Positions 35,244 to 48,862 of a stretch of DNA of 64,000 nt are shown in pieces. Source of the DNA: Vitrella brassicaformis CCMP3155. Lineage: Eukaryota > Protista > Chromerida. The position numbers and the translations under genes are program-made. The notes below the pieces were generated by a model. That model had not been told where the DNA came from. It ran no database searches and saw nothing but the letters and a program-made list of their open reading frames with translations. The stretch is from NCBI GenBank assembly GCA_001179505.1, contig CDMY01000264.1, positions 1 to 64,000 on the forward strand, in the 5' to 3' direction. Positions within the stretch are counted from its first letter, which is position 1, and each line of letters opens with the position of its first letter.

Positions 35244-36558
35244 ATGTCTGAGGCACGTCGCAGCTCGACTGAAGGTCCCTCTCGCTGCGGCAGCGCGGCC
35301 CCAAGGCGCTCGTCCGTCTCGCAGGCTGATGGCGGCCGACGGGCGTCCCAGGAGTCTCATGGTGGGCTGCAGAGCCCGACGAGCCCCAAGAGCCCGACGA
35401 GCCCCAAGAACGAGGCGTTCCAATCGAAGGCTGAAGAGGCCAAGAAACTGCTGGTGCGGGGCGAGGGGATATGGTGCTCATTCACTCAGGAGTGATGCGT
35501 TGTCTGCCTGTCTGTGTGTCTGTCCGTCTGTCTGTCTGTGTATGTTGGTGCAGCACACACGTCGCGAGCGGAGCTGGCTGCAGACTCATGGGAAGGGCCA
35601 TGTGTTGGACTTCACTGACCGGGAGATTAAAGAACTCAAAAAGTTCTTCGACAGCCTGGTCAGTCAGTGAGCGAGTCAGGCAGACAGTCGAGTCGGCCAG
35701 TCACTGCAATCAACACGAGCATTCACACACTGTGTGGTTTGGCTTGGCAGGATGTAGAGAAGAAAGGTAGGTGCATTAACCATCTGAGAAGCAGACACGC
35801 TTGTGCTGGTCCATCCATCCGTCCGTCCCTCTCTGTGTATGGCTGGCTGCCGGTTGGCTGCAGGCAGCATCGACATGGAGCGGTTCACCGAGTCGCTAAT
35901 CGCATTGGGTCTCGCTCGGTCCAAGAGCCAGATTGACGTCATATTCCGAGCAATCGACAAGGGTGGGTCGGCCACACATGCGCACACACCAGGGGGGGGT
36001 GAGCTTGTGAGTTGCCTGACCGATGTGTGTGTTGTGGCTGCGGGGCAGATGGGTCGGGCGAGATTGATTTCGCAGAGTTCCTGAGTCTGGTCAAGGGGGC
36101 CCATGACGGCGAGGGGGCCTCTGGCCATGTCTACCAGGCCTTCCGATGTGAGTCAGCACGTGCCTGCCAACACGGCACATGGGCTCGTGTGTTGGAAGAT
36201 GTGTGTGTGTGTGTGTGTGTGTTTAGCGATGATGGACGGCAACTTGGGCGACACGTCTCTGTCATTCCCCCTTGTCATCTCCACCTACAGACGGTGAGCA
36301 CCACAGCGCACAGCACCATACATTCATCAGTGTGCTGGCGGTCTGTGCCTGCAGTAAGATGCTGCTGGACGCCATGATGGCATCGGGCGAGCGACAAGAA
36401 CGCGGCAAACGAGTGCTCAGCGTAAGTGAGGGAAAGAAAGACAGTTACCATAGACAGCATGGCATGCACCCTATACGTTACGTGAGTGTCTTCCTCCTTT
36501 TCATTCCCAGGCGTTCGCCACACATTCGGCAGAGCAGCTGCACGCCGCACAGCAGTAA
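35244..36558 (+). CDS. EF-hand calcium-binding protein
   Basis: ATG at 35244. Spliced FTDREIKELKKFFDSL-DVEKKGSIDMER (non-canonical loop) and IDKDGSGEIDFAEFL (canonical loop). Ends AQQ-TAA at 36558. Confidence 0.88.
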
Positions 36559-37059
36559 GCGCGAGAATGGATTAGTTTAATGACAGACCAACACGCTCCC
36601 ACGTGCACTCTTGGTTCGTTGTCGGGTGTCTGTCTGTGTGGCTGCAATAATGCAGTGTGTATCAGGGAGATGGTGGTGTGGAGTCGTTCATCACCGTCGA
36701 CCCCTCCCCGGCCCCTGCACCCACACACGGACGGCGGGCACCGCTCACTTCTACCAACAGATAGACACACAGACATGCAGACGGACAGATAGACACTTAC
36801 TCCGTTTTCGGAGCTGGCTCCTTTGTGTGTGTGAGAGGAGAGGACGGGAGGCGTGAATGCGATAGATAAGACCGAGAGAGCTGTGTATGTTGTGTGGTGG
36901 ACTGACATACGTCGGGCAGACATGTCATCGGCAGCTTTGAAATAATGCACCATGTGTCTATCTAGCACGTCTCGTCCAGCACCCGCAGCTCGGAGACACG
37001 TATGCACAAGTCTACAGAGAGAGATTCACTCCACAATGGAAAGCGACAACAGCCGATCA

Positions 37060-39160
37060 GTTAGCATTCACTGAGGATAGCACACGCCATGCGAATATAA
37101 AATGTACACAGCGATTGAGGGCGCAAGGCCTCCCTCTTCTCGTGCAGCACTCGGAACTCACAGACACACACATTGATGGAATCGAGTCGACTGCAAAACG
37201 CAAAAAGCCAAGGACTGCAGACACGTCAGCAAAAGGACACATTTCACAAAACAAAACACAGGCTTCTATGCACCCTTGGTTGGCCGACTGAATATCGATA
37301 TATGAATAGAATGGTGTATACCGATTATGGCGCGTCTTGATGCTGAACAGGCAAACCAGGAATCTGCCCCAGCAGCTGGCGTTCTGGAGGGCGTCGACAC
37401 CAACGTCACCTGCAGACAGAACGACAAAAACACAACGCTGGCTTTCATTCATCGGATTGTTGGCCATCTTACGGCGCTCTGGATGGCGCTCCACATAGAC
37501 TAGCACGGGACCCCCTGGTTGAGCAACGAGCCCACGGAGGCCAAACGCCAGTGTTGGACTCAGGTCGTCGGCTGTCAGGAGCTGGCTCGAAGATGATCTC
37601 CTCGGGGGTGGGAGGAGGCTGCAGATCAGGGAACAACCCATTGATCTCCTCGTGGTGTGGCAATGTTTCGGCATAGTCAGTGGCCTTTGGTGTGGCAATG
37701 TTATTTTGTCTGAAGACCCAGAAAGAAGACAGCGCATTATTTTCTTTCTTTTACTCATTCAAATGCCTTGCCAGCTGGCAGCGGCTCCTGAGCTGCATCT
37801 CTCTCTTCCTTGCTGAGCAAGGAGTGGAGTCTTCGTACGCAAAAGAAGGCTTCAGCCTCTTGTTCAAGCAGCAGTGTGTCTTTAAGCTGGTTCATCTCCG
37901 CCATAGCTGAAAAGCAAGCAACGCAGACACATCGCAGTCGCGAGTTGGCAGGGTAAAGATTTTTTTACCCGAAACGAAAATCAAAATCACCTTCCCCTTA
38001 AACCGATGCCATTCATTGCTTTTTACGTCGTCCAGAAGAAGAGAGGATGAGACACAACGAGTTTGTACCTTATCACTTTCCCTTCCTTTGTGACTTACAG
38101 CAGAGCCCTTTGATGGCGTTCAGCATTATGATGCCGCCTGTCGTCTTAGCCATGCCAGGAACAGTAAAGTCAAAGTCATGAATCGTCACATTTATCTGTG
38201 ACAACACCGCGATAACAATATGTGAGTGCATGTGTGATTGCTGTGAGCGCGTTTGTGATTGTCCTCACCTCAGGTAAAGCTTTTTGAAGCAGGGCATCTG
38301 TCAGAAACTCCTCTTCCAGTCTCGATTGTCTTTCTTCGATTTCAATAATTCTGCCGTCCTATGAGAAGGAAACACCACAGAGCATTGCGCAGAGATACGA
38401 GGGAAACACAGTGTTGCTGCTCTAGACCTCTCGGTCGCCAGCAAAATATGCCTTCAGAGGGGCTGCACAAACATCAGCAGGAAGCCAACTTGGGTAACGC
38501 TTTTGGCGCAGGCTCTCTTCATTGCATGGAGCTTCTGCCATACAACTGACCGCTCGCAATTGTAGCCGACATTAACATCAGACGAACCCTGCCTCCTTTC
38601 CCCTCGTAGACGTGCCCCTCGTAGACGTCTTTTAAGAGAGTCTTCAGTAGAAGCGACACGTAGGGAGACAAGAGCTGATCAGTCGATGAATTTTTGCTTA
38701 CCACCATGCATTCCACATCCATTTGGCGAGAGTGTGCCTCGTCCAAAATGATGTTGACGTCGGTGATAGGCCCAGATGACAAAAGCATTCTAGCACAGCC
38801 TGAGCAAACATCAATATTTGAGCATTACATTACATTACTTTACATTACATTACAGCTGAGCGTTTTTCTTGACAATTCGCTACCTGCGGTTGCGAACAAT
38901 AGTTGTGTGCTTCCTGCCATGTCGAAACACTTGCCCCTTCCCGTCGTGTAGCCAACTTTATGGCCAAGCGGCGGCCCTCGCAGCTGAGCGATGGTCCTGC
39001 AGAGCAAGAATAGCCTGCTTTTGGTGTCTCTCTCTCCCGTTAGGGCTCACTTTGCAGCCTTGAATTGATGGTCTTTCGCTTCTGTTCCAGGCAGTCTTGA
39101 TAGTACTGCGGTGTCTGAGGACAGTCAAATCATCAGTGTTGCATGGATGTTTTCCATCTC
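37060..39160 (-). pseudogene. Decayed DEAH-box RNA helicase
   Basis: Ordered motifs: PQY; SEP*RE (motif Ia with TAA at 39040-39042); LGHKVGY (38948-38956); TQLLFATAG; IILDEAHSR (38732-38743); LMLMSAT (38561-38569); KVILIFVSG (motif IV); RLHSLLSKEE; ATDYAET (motif V-like). Stops and frameshifts lie between them. Confidence 0.85.
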
Positions 39161-39292
39161 GAAAGAAGAGAAATACCACGACGGTTTGACACAACGAGGA
39201 TGTACATTGTCACCTTCTCTTCCTTCGTGACTTACAGCAGAGCTCTTTGATGACGTGCAGCATTGTAATGCCGCCTGCCGTCTTGGCCATGC

Positions 39293-40235
39293 AGCACCCT
39301 TGGCCATCGCGATCACGGCAACACTCTCAATGCAGGTCCTAGCCGGGAGAAGGTCCGCACTGCGAGGTATCAGGCAAAGATTGCTCGGACTGCCCTTGAG
39401 CGTCATGATTTCTCCGTCAGCCATCTCGATAGGATAGGCCGACAAGATAGTTGGCAAGCTGAGTGTAGTCGAGTGTTTGACTAACGATCAGATTACACAC
39501 TGATCTGTCTAGCTCTTCGTCAAACCGCACAAGCCACGCCTGAATGTCATTGCAGACCACCCCCAATGGATCATCACATTCACGCCCAGATGGTGCGTCC
39601 CTCAAGCTCCTCACCACCATCATCTCGCCGGACAGCTGATCAAGTCGGCTGTCGGTGAACGACGCATCCTTGGCCATCGCGTCCACAATGACGGCAACCT
39701 TCCCAGTGCAGGTTGTGGCTGGGCGAGAGGCGGAAATACGAGGTGTCAGGCAAAGGTCGCCCGGACTCCCCTCTAGTGTCATGATCTCGCCGTTAGCCAG
39801 CTCGACAGAATAAGCCGACTTGACTGCCATCCCCTTCGTCGCCTTGACACCCCACGGCTGGTGCTCGCTCGTCTTGTTCGCCTTCTCCACCACTTTCTGC
39901 AGCAGCTCTCTCTCCACATGTTGCTCCACAAACCTCTCGTACGCTGGGTCGGCGGTGTACGAAGGGATTGCGTTGTCCTCGAAAGGGCCGGCGGTGTACG
40001 AAGGGATTACGACCATTGTCCTCGATGCCTTCGTCTGATCACCGCTCAAGTGCCCTGATTTGTGGCTGGAATAGGTTAAAACTGCTCGTCGACGGTATTG
40101 GGTGGACAGCACTGCGCCTGCCAAATCACCTTCCACGGCCCCACCGTACCAGCCAACCCAACGACTGTGCCCACGTCCAAGAAGGATGTCGTAGGCCACT
40201 TGCAATGGGTAGCCAGCAAACAAGTAGCCGCCCAA
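39293..40235 (-). pseudogene. Second (39443-39992) and partial third (39293-39438) copies of the C-terminal module of the 1228-2444 gene
   Basis: GPFEDNAIP...KGMAVKSAYSVELANGEIMTLEGSPGDLCL...DYTQLANYLV is nearly identical to 1726-2278. It is followed by the diverged AYPIEMADGEIMTLKGSPSNLCLIPR...VAVIAMAK. Confidence 0.85.
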
Positions 40236-40431
40236 GCCCGTGATGGCACAGAGGATTGCTGGGTTGGATGTTGCTGCCCGTCGTCACAGGCGGCCTCGAG
40301 GGAAAGAAAGGAAGGCCAGAAAATCGTCTCGACCCTGTCGCGAATTCGAGTCGAATTAGCTCGCAGAAGGCTGCCCTAAAACCGCTGCTCCAGAAGGATG
40401 AGATGAAACCGCTCCCTCCCTGTATCAGGAG

Positions 40432-43400
40432 ATGGCGCCGAAACAGAAGGGCAAGTCGAAGGCATCGAGCAGCAGCAAGGCAGCTGAGCTGCTCATCAAT
40501 ACATCATCGGCGGCCGATGCACAAGCGGCATCCAACGCGGGATCTTCACAGCTGTCAGCTGTAAGCATAGCATACCATGCACCATTTGCCATCACACATA
40601 CACACACACACGCGCGTGGATATAGAGGCACACACACGATCTTTCATCTGGTTATATGACCCTTCTTGTGTTGCGTGTGTCAGATCTTTGAGCGGTTCGC
40701 CGCTCCCTCAGTCAGCCGCGATGTGTCCGACTCATCCCTATCCATCGACAACGGTCAGCGTGATGCAAATGATGTCAATCGTCCTGTAGAAAAACTGGGT
40801 CTGCCTGCCTGCCTGTCTGTCTGCTTGTGTGGCTGGGTGTCTGGCTGCATTCATTCATTCATTCAGGTGCGTCTTCACGTCCGTCAGGCTCCCCTCCCCC
40901 GCCCTCTGTTCGTTTCGAGAACAACGATATCGGCATGGCTCTGCGGAAGATGATGAAGAAGGACTCTGTCACGAAACAGAAAGGCCTCGCAGACCTCCAG
41001 ACAGCTCTCGAGACCGGTGACGCCGCCGTCGTCACCGGCTGCCTACCGGCCTTCTGCTACGTCTACCGACGGTTCGCTCTGCTTGATGAGAGCTGGAGAG
41101 TTCGCAAAGGTGCCCAGGGCTGTTTCGTGCTGGTGGTGGGCAAGGTGGGTCGGGAGCTGGCGCCACATCTGCGTGGCGTGCTGCCGGTGTGGCTGGCGAG
41201 CTGTTTTGACGTGAACGAGGAGGTGGCAATGAGCGCCAGACGGGCGCTGGACACGGCCTTCCCGCCTGAGCAAGTCAAGAAGAGGGTCGACCTTCTCAAA
41301 CACTGCCGGTAAGGAGGTTTACAAGCATTGATGCAGGGATGCTGGAGCATTCTCTCCCTCTCACTGTGCCTGCCTGTTGTGTGTATGTGTGTGACCGGCT
41401 CAGGTCAGATTTGGTGGATGAGTATGTGCGGTGTCTGAACCACAGTGAGAAGACGCTCAATGAGGAGTACGGCGGCGACACCGCCATGCAGACCATGCCA
41501 AAGGCCGAGCGAGAAGAGCGATACGACCGAGTGAGTATGTCAGAATGACGCGCACACACGCGTCACACAGCCCGTCCTCTCTCTCTTTTGTCTGTCTGTC
41601 ATGCTACCCAGGTCATATCGGCGACTGTGCAGGCCGTCGGCCACATGGCCCTCCTGCTGTCATCTCCCTCCCTCTCCCCGCCTCCCCTGCTGTCTGACGA
41701 CTGGACGGCCGCCATGCGTCGGTTCTTTCAGGGCAAGCTCGGCCTCTGGCAGTTCATGGCCGCCAACCACCGACCCCCTGTGCGGCAGGGAGCCTGCCGC
41801 GCTATGAATGACGTTCTAGTGGCTTACCAGCAGGCGGGGGGGCTGCCGCCAGTGGCCAAGGGCGATGGCGAGACGGCCATGCCGCAGTCGCTGTGCAATG
41901 GCGTGCTGGGGGCGATTGGTGATAAAACTCTCATGGAAGAGGTCAGGCACACACGCACACAGAGGGGTGGAGGTGCCTGACTGTGCTTGGCTTGCTTCTT
42001 TATGTGTGTGTGTGTGTCAGGTGTGTACGCCGTCAGTCGTGGTGCGGTTTGTGAAGCTATTCGGCTCTGTCTGGGACCTCGTCAAGGTAAGTCAGTGAGC
42101 ATCCGAGCATCCATGCATCCTTAGCCCCAACCACACGTGCCACACACACCGAGGGCTGTTGTTTCTATCATGCAGGTGGACAAGGTGTTCTTCCCCCGTC
42201 TGCTGTCGTCACTTCGCCACGGCGGCTTCACCTCCAGCCGGCAGTACTTTCACGCCCTCCCGCCCCTCCTCTCGTCCATCCCCCCAACACTCATCCTCTC
42301 ACACGACGGCGCCCACACACAAATGCCGCACTTCTTCTTCTGCCTCCTCCTGGCATTCCGCCCACCCGCCCCGCCATACCCTGCCGGCCAAGACATCCTC
42401 ACGGCCTGGTACGAGTGCTTTGTGTTTCTGCTCGAGAAGCGCTACTGCGTCGGGGGGTCGGCGAGTGCATCTGCTGCTAGTGGTGGTGATGGTGATGGTG
42501 GTGAGGAGCTGACTCGGCTGGGGTATGCCAACACGCTGTGCGACGAGTGGCTGTGGCTGCCGGTGGACATCTACCTCCGCTGCGACAGCAAGGGACACCT
42601 AGGCGATGGGCAGCCACCATTGCGCAAGAGGCGAGAGCCAGAGATGGACCACAACCACCACCAACAGCAGCAGCCGGAGCAGCATCTTGAGAGAGAGGAG
42701 AGCGGCCAGGGTGGTCGGAAGAAGAAGGACAAAGGCGGCAAGGAGGAGAGAGAAACGTGGCAGCACCAGTTTGATGACGGCTTTGTGCCCGCTATCCCAA
42801 GCGATGAGTTGGCCTGCATGCCCGACCTCATCAAGGGCGTCGTCAAGGTACTTCTCCACTCAAACACACACACACACCCTTCTCCCCCCCTCTCCAACAC
42901 ACATATGTCTGTCTGTGCAGGAAATGCTCGACCGTTCCTTCCCCCGCTTCGTCTTCATCTCCCTCCTGCGCCTCCTCTCGGCCGCACTCTCCTCACCCTC
43001 ACCCTCGCCCTCAACCACAGCGCCATCCACGCGGCCGCTGGCCATTCTGCAAGCCATCATGACTGCCACACCACCAGAGACGCCGACGCCATCGCTGCAT
43101 CAGTGGTTGACGGGCGAGGCTGGGGCGCTGGCGGGCGGCATGTGGAGACGGCTCTTCGCAAGGCTGAGGGAAGAGCGGGAGGCAGAGAGGGTGAAGGAGC
43201 TGCTGAGTGTGTGTGAGGAGGCGCTACGCCGGCTGAGTGTGACTGATGCATGGCTGGGGGAGGGGGGAGGCGAACAACACCAACAGCAGCCACAGGGCGA
43301 TGCTGTGATGCGGCTGCTGAGCGGGGAGGTGCTGCCTCTGTACAGGGCTATGTGGCAGCACGTCGACACCTCCCACGCACAAGCGATCGATGCAGAGCGG

Positions 43401-46400
43401 CTGTCGGTGCTGGACGGCATGTACCTTCGCGTCATCTCGCCCTTGATGGATCAGCTGCAGCTGTCCGGCAACGGTGATCGGTGGGAGGAGGAGGTGATCG
43501 ATGGGCTGCTTGACATCGCTGACGGCAACGGGGTCATCGTCACGTGTGTTGTGGGGCATCTTATCAACAGGTAGGTACACACACGCTGGGCACACACACA
43601 CACAAGAGAGAGAGAGAGGGACACGAACACACATTGTCTGATAACACGCGAATCAATCAATCAGACGCTGGTCCGGTTCTCGTCTGCCCACCGCCCTTGA
43701 ACAAGCCGCCCTGTCCATCTGGCCCTCTTTCCTCCGCCCATCCCTCGCCCAAGCCACTCCCGACACAGACATCCAAGAGCGGGCCATGGCGGTGCTCAAC
43801 GGGTGTCTGTCTCGGCACTCATGGCTGTCCCGCGAGGGGCTTCTGGGGCTGGGGCGGGTGGTGCGCCAGGGGGTGGACATGGCCTGCGACGGGCACGTGT
43901 GTGGTGTGAGTGAGGGGATTGTTGATATGGCCAAGTGTGTGGCCGATATACACCTCGAGGTCAGTAGGTGGTGGGCCGGATGGGTGGGCCACATTGACCC
44001 TGGCTGGAAACACAACACACAACAGACAGGCGATTGCTTGGGGTGTGTGTGTGTGCTTCAGGGTGAGGGCGAGTCTGAGTGGTGCGGCATCCAGTCTTCC
44101 CTGTTCACCTCCCTCCTCTACCTCTGGCTCACCACACCCACGCCCACACCCGCCGACGTTGGTGACGCATTCGCCCTGCTCGCCAAGACACGAGAGGAGT
44201 CGGAGAGGAACGTTGTGTGGAAGACGCTGACAGACATCCTCTGCACGTACGCATCAAAACATCCACGCACACACAAGCCCATTCACTTATGCGTGATCAT
44301 TGACAGGGGCGAGGCGTCACTAGCCGGCCGGCGGCTCTCCAGCAGCACCGTCCCACCCTCTCGGTGGGCGGAGGCGGCCGTCCAGCTCACCGCCGCGGCA
44401 GCAACAGACGCCAAACAGTGGGCCCTTCTGGCCAGGTGCCTGATGAAGGCTGGCAGTGATGTGTGGTCCATCGGTGCCTGGCGAGAGAGGGAGGGGGAGG
44501 GGGGCAGCCTGTGGCAGCTGTGGTGGGTGGCCGAGGTGCTCGTCAGCATGGTCGAGAGATGTGGCAAGACCGGTATGTATGCGAAGGAGCGCGTGGAAGC
44601 TCAAATATGGCCATATGGATATGTGTGTGTGTGTGTTGTCAGGCACGGCCAGCGGTCTCGCAGAGTGCATCTCCTCCACCCCAGACCCCTTTATCTCCAC
44701 CCTCTCTCTGCTGCTGTACGTCCACAGCCAGGGCACAGCGCCGCCCCTCACCCCCCCACACACCACCACGGGCCCTCCACCGCTCATCCACCGCATCGAG
44801 GCCCACCTGACCAGACGGCTGATGCCAGGCATGCTGCTCTCACACCAGCAGCAGCAGCCGATGTGTCGCTTGGTGGAGGTGTGTGTGGGTCTTGGTGTGG
44901 ACGTGGGCGTGAGGGCCTTGGAGGCCGCCATGGGCGAGTGGGCTGCCATCGAGGATGAAAAGGTCAGTCTAGTAGGAGTGATTGTGATTGAGATTGAGAG
45001 TGGATGCATGCGCTGTGTTGGTGTGTGTTCAGGTGGCGAACGATGCGCTGCTGTCGCTGTGGTCTGCCTGCCAGAGGGCTCTCGAGCAGCAGTCACCATC
45101 TGAGCACAATGGCACCGAATGGAGGGTACGCGCACAAGCACAAGAAGGCACCCACATGCACCGCATCCAGACACCCCTGACTGCTGTGCACATTGCAGGC
45201 CGTCCTCTCCGCCTTTCACCGCTGTCTCGCATCATCATCTCACCCGCCCCCCCACACCACTGCCGGCGCACTGCTGTCCTCCCTCACACACGCATACCGA
45301 TCAGCCATGGCCAACGTCCACCAGTCCTTGAGACGCCTCAAGTCCCAGCCCCAGCCAGCAGACAACGAGGGCTTGGTCAAGCTCGCCGACAGTCTGCAGA
45401 GGGCGATTGCGTTGCGCGGCGTGTGTGTGGACATGGCTGAGGCGTTCGTGCCGATCGAGTGTGACGGGGAGAGGAAGAGGGCGAGGACCGACTCGCCGGA
45501 GAGGAGGGCAGCAGCAGCGGCAGCAGTAGCAGCCCCTCCTCCCTCCCATGACGATACGCCTGTAATCCAAGAGGTCGGTGACCCCAGACACACACACACA
45601 CACATACGCAGAAGAAAATGTGTGTATTTCCGTGTGTGGCTGCCGGTATGGTGCGCCTCAGGTGGATCCGTCAAGCGGCGAGGGCATCCACCAAGCCGCC
45701 TTCGTCACAGAGGAGTCAGAGCTCGTTCTCGAGCACGACGACAACGACCCCGCCATCCAAGCCCACCGGGCCCTCAACGGCGGCTACCACAAAGCCCTCG
45801 ACAGCATCGCCACACGCGCAGACACCCAGGCCACCCTCGACCTCATCCACCAGCTGCTTTCACACCTGCTCATTCCCACCGACCAGCAGCAGCCGTCTCT
45901 GTTGCTCATCGACGCGGCGGCATCCTTCGTGGCCGGTTTGATGGAGCAGGGGCATGGTGTGGACGTGTTGGCTGGTGCTGCGGGGGAGGGAGGGGGCGAG
46001 GTGGTGACAGCGGCTCAGATTGGGGAGATGGCACGGTTGCTGCAGATGGGTCTGGCGGTGCATGCGGCATCTGCTCAGAGGGTGCTAGAAGGACACGGGC
46101 AGCAGCAGCAGCAGCAGGGTGTGAGGGACGTATTGCAGGTTGTCATGCCCACAGGTACACAAGGATAGACACAAGCGACAGCCTCACGGAGCATATCATA
46201 TCCTCACACACACGTGTGTTGTGTTGTGTTCCTTCTTGGTGACTGAAGCAGGCACGTATCGTCTGCTGCGTGCCTTCCTCCCCTGTCTCTCCCGCCCCTA
46301 CACCCTCCACACCAGCCAGCACCTGCAGGCCCTCACCACGCGCCTCTTCCCTCCACCAGCAGCATCAGCAGCAGCCACCGAGCCCCCCTCTCCCTTCACA

Positions 46401-48862
46401 GAGACCCCCCTCCTCGACGCCATCCTGTCGCCATTCATCGACCTAACATGTGCTATCGACAGTCTTGCGCGGCACTGGGTGGAGGAGAGAGACCGGGGAG
46501 AGCTGACGGTGCTCACAATGGAGGAGGATGGAGATCAGCGCGATGGCAACCACAGCCACAAGCACCATGCGGTGCGGGTCGGCTGGATGCCGTCGTGTGT
46601 GTGGGAGGAGGTGTGGGGCTGCATGAGGGCCATCGTGGGCGGGCTGCCGACAGACGACCACCACATCTCGCAGCTGGTGCGGCTGCTCCACTGCTGCCGC
46701 TCTGTGCCGATGCACACCTGCCTGATGCAGCACTTCCGCAAACACAGCTGGTTCGCCGCGCCGATCCCCCCACCCATCACACCACCACAGGCAGAGTCCC
46801 TTCTCGCCGCCTTTGGCAGGTCGGTCAACTCCCTCACCGACAAGGCCACCGACGACACACAAGGAGAGAGGCCCGCCGCCGCATTATTCGCCTCATCGGA
46901 GGAAGCTGTCCGCGCCAGCACAGTGGAGGGGCTGGGCTTGATGCGGTGGATGTTCGACTGCCTGGTGGGGGCTGACGTGGCGAGGGAGCTGCTGTCGCCC
47001 TACCGCCTTATTGCGGCGATCCTCTCCCATGCCATCGCCACCGAAGGAGAGAGGGGGGACACCGAGGATGACGAAGACCATCAGGATGACCACGGCCTGC
47101 TGGCGTTCCCATTGGAGATGCTGCCCGGCGTTGTGCGCGCCCTCTGGATGTGGCTCACCGTGCTGCCGTCCCTGCTGGACACTCATGCGACTCACGGAGG
47201 CAGTGACGGCCAGGGAGAGGGAGGGGAGGAGGGGGATGGGCCGTCTCTCTCGTCATATCTGCTGACGCTGCTGCAGACGGCCCCATCTGATGCGTACGAG
47301 GCGGCCGGCGAAGTGCGCAAGGCATGGGAGGCGATGGTGCAGACGGAGGAGGAGGAGCCTGGAGAGGCTGGAGAGCGTTCCTCCCCTCCCCATCCCCCCT
47401 CTCCCCCTGTGCCCCCGCCCCCCTCCCTCCCCCCATCTCTCTGTCGCATCGAGTCGGTGGCAACTGGCGCAACACGATCTCTGCTCACGGCTGGGGCTGG
47501 AGGTGCAACTGAGGTTGCGGGGAGGATGACGCGCGTCTTGTCCAAGGCCGTCAGTGCCTTTGACACGACCGACACGACTGACACCGACACGGACGGCACA
47601 CAACGAGAGAGACCAGATGGGTGGTGCGGCGTAGCGGACGGCCTGATCGACCCGTTGGTGCTGTCTGAGGTGCTCAAGATGAGCCCCATCGAGGTGCTGG
47701 TGGAGCTCATCTTCGTCACACTCATCGCGTGTGAGCCCCACCAGGGGCACCCACAAGCCCTCATCGCGCGCCAGCCATCCACACCGCCCATCCACCCCCT
47801 CCCTCCCGGCCCATCTATACCGAGGCACAGATTGGCCGCCGCACTCGCCAGGTGCCAGGAGGCTTTCGGTGGGCGTGTGGAGGGCAGAGGGAGAGGGAGA
47901 GGGGGCGAGAGCGGCCGGCACCTTTGGCACGATTGGATATCGCATGTACGCGATGCCAGCAGGGAGACGGGCGGCATGGTCGATCTCGAGGGCCTGGGCG
48001 AGAACGGAGCGGACGCTTGGAACCCTCTCAACCCTGCCTTCGTGTGGCTGCTGGCCACCAAGGCATACACATGGGTGGTGCGGGCCTGCCCCACAGCCGT
48101 CCGGTCCATCTGGTCGGCCTCCTCCAACACCAAGAGCCGGAAGCAGCTCGAGCGCTTCACGTCGACCCTCATCACGCCCCGGCTGATCAGTGCGGAGATC
48201 TCGGCGGCCACGGCACATTTGCAGCAAAACCTGGCCCAGCAGGAGGGCGAGAGGACATTGAGATACAACAGGCGGCTTCGGCAGCTGACGGTGGGGTTTG
48301 TGAGTGGCGAGATGAGTGTCGACCTGGTGCTCTACTTCCCGGAGCACTATCCTCTGCAGGCAAGAACAGGGAAACAAGGAGGCAATGGCATCATGTGCAC
48401 CCCCCCCTCTCTCTCTCTCTCTGCGTGGCGATTGCTTGCAGCCGGTGACAGCGGCCGAGACCCCAGAGATCGCCGGTGTGCCAAAGCGTCGCACCATGAA
48501 CTGGCTGCTCTCGACGGTCCGCACTCTCAAGACCAGCTCTCTGTCGGCCGCTCTGACAGTGTGGTACGACAACCTGCGGCTGTTCTCGTCGTCGTTGGAG
48601 GACTGCCCCATCTGCTTCAGTGTGGTCCACCCGCAGCACCGATCGCTGCCCAAGACGGCATGCCCCACGTGCAAACACAAGTTCCACGCCGAATGCATCT
48701 TCAAGTCAGTACGGCCCGTCCGTCACACACACGAGAGGCAGGCGCCACGCCATGCACTGACAACACACCTGTGTCCATCTGTGTTTTCTGTGCTGTGATG
48801 TGTGCAGGTGGTTCCGGACATCGCACAAGACGACTTGTCCCCTCTGCCAGTCGCCCTTCTGA
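40432..48862 (+). CDS. LTN1: E3 ubiquitin-protein ligase listerin (ribosome quality control)
   Basis: MAPKQKGKSKASSSSKAAELL; N-terminal LRKMMKKDSVTKQKGL...SWRVRKGAQ...ELAPHLRGVLPVWL; RWD-like MSVDLVLYFPEHYPL; C-terminal RING EDCPICFSVVH...[40 protein letters not shown] at 48860-48862. Confidence 0.96.

Noticed and set aside
47192-48704. Long minus-strand ORFs (358 and 483 aa)
   Set aside because: Antisense shadows of the large LTN1 exon.
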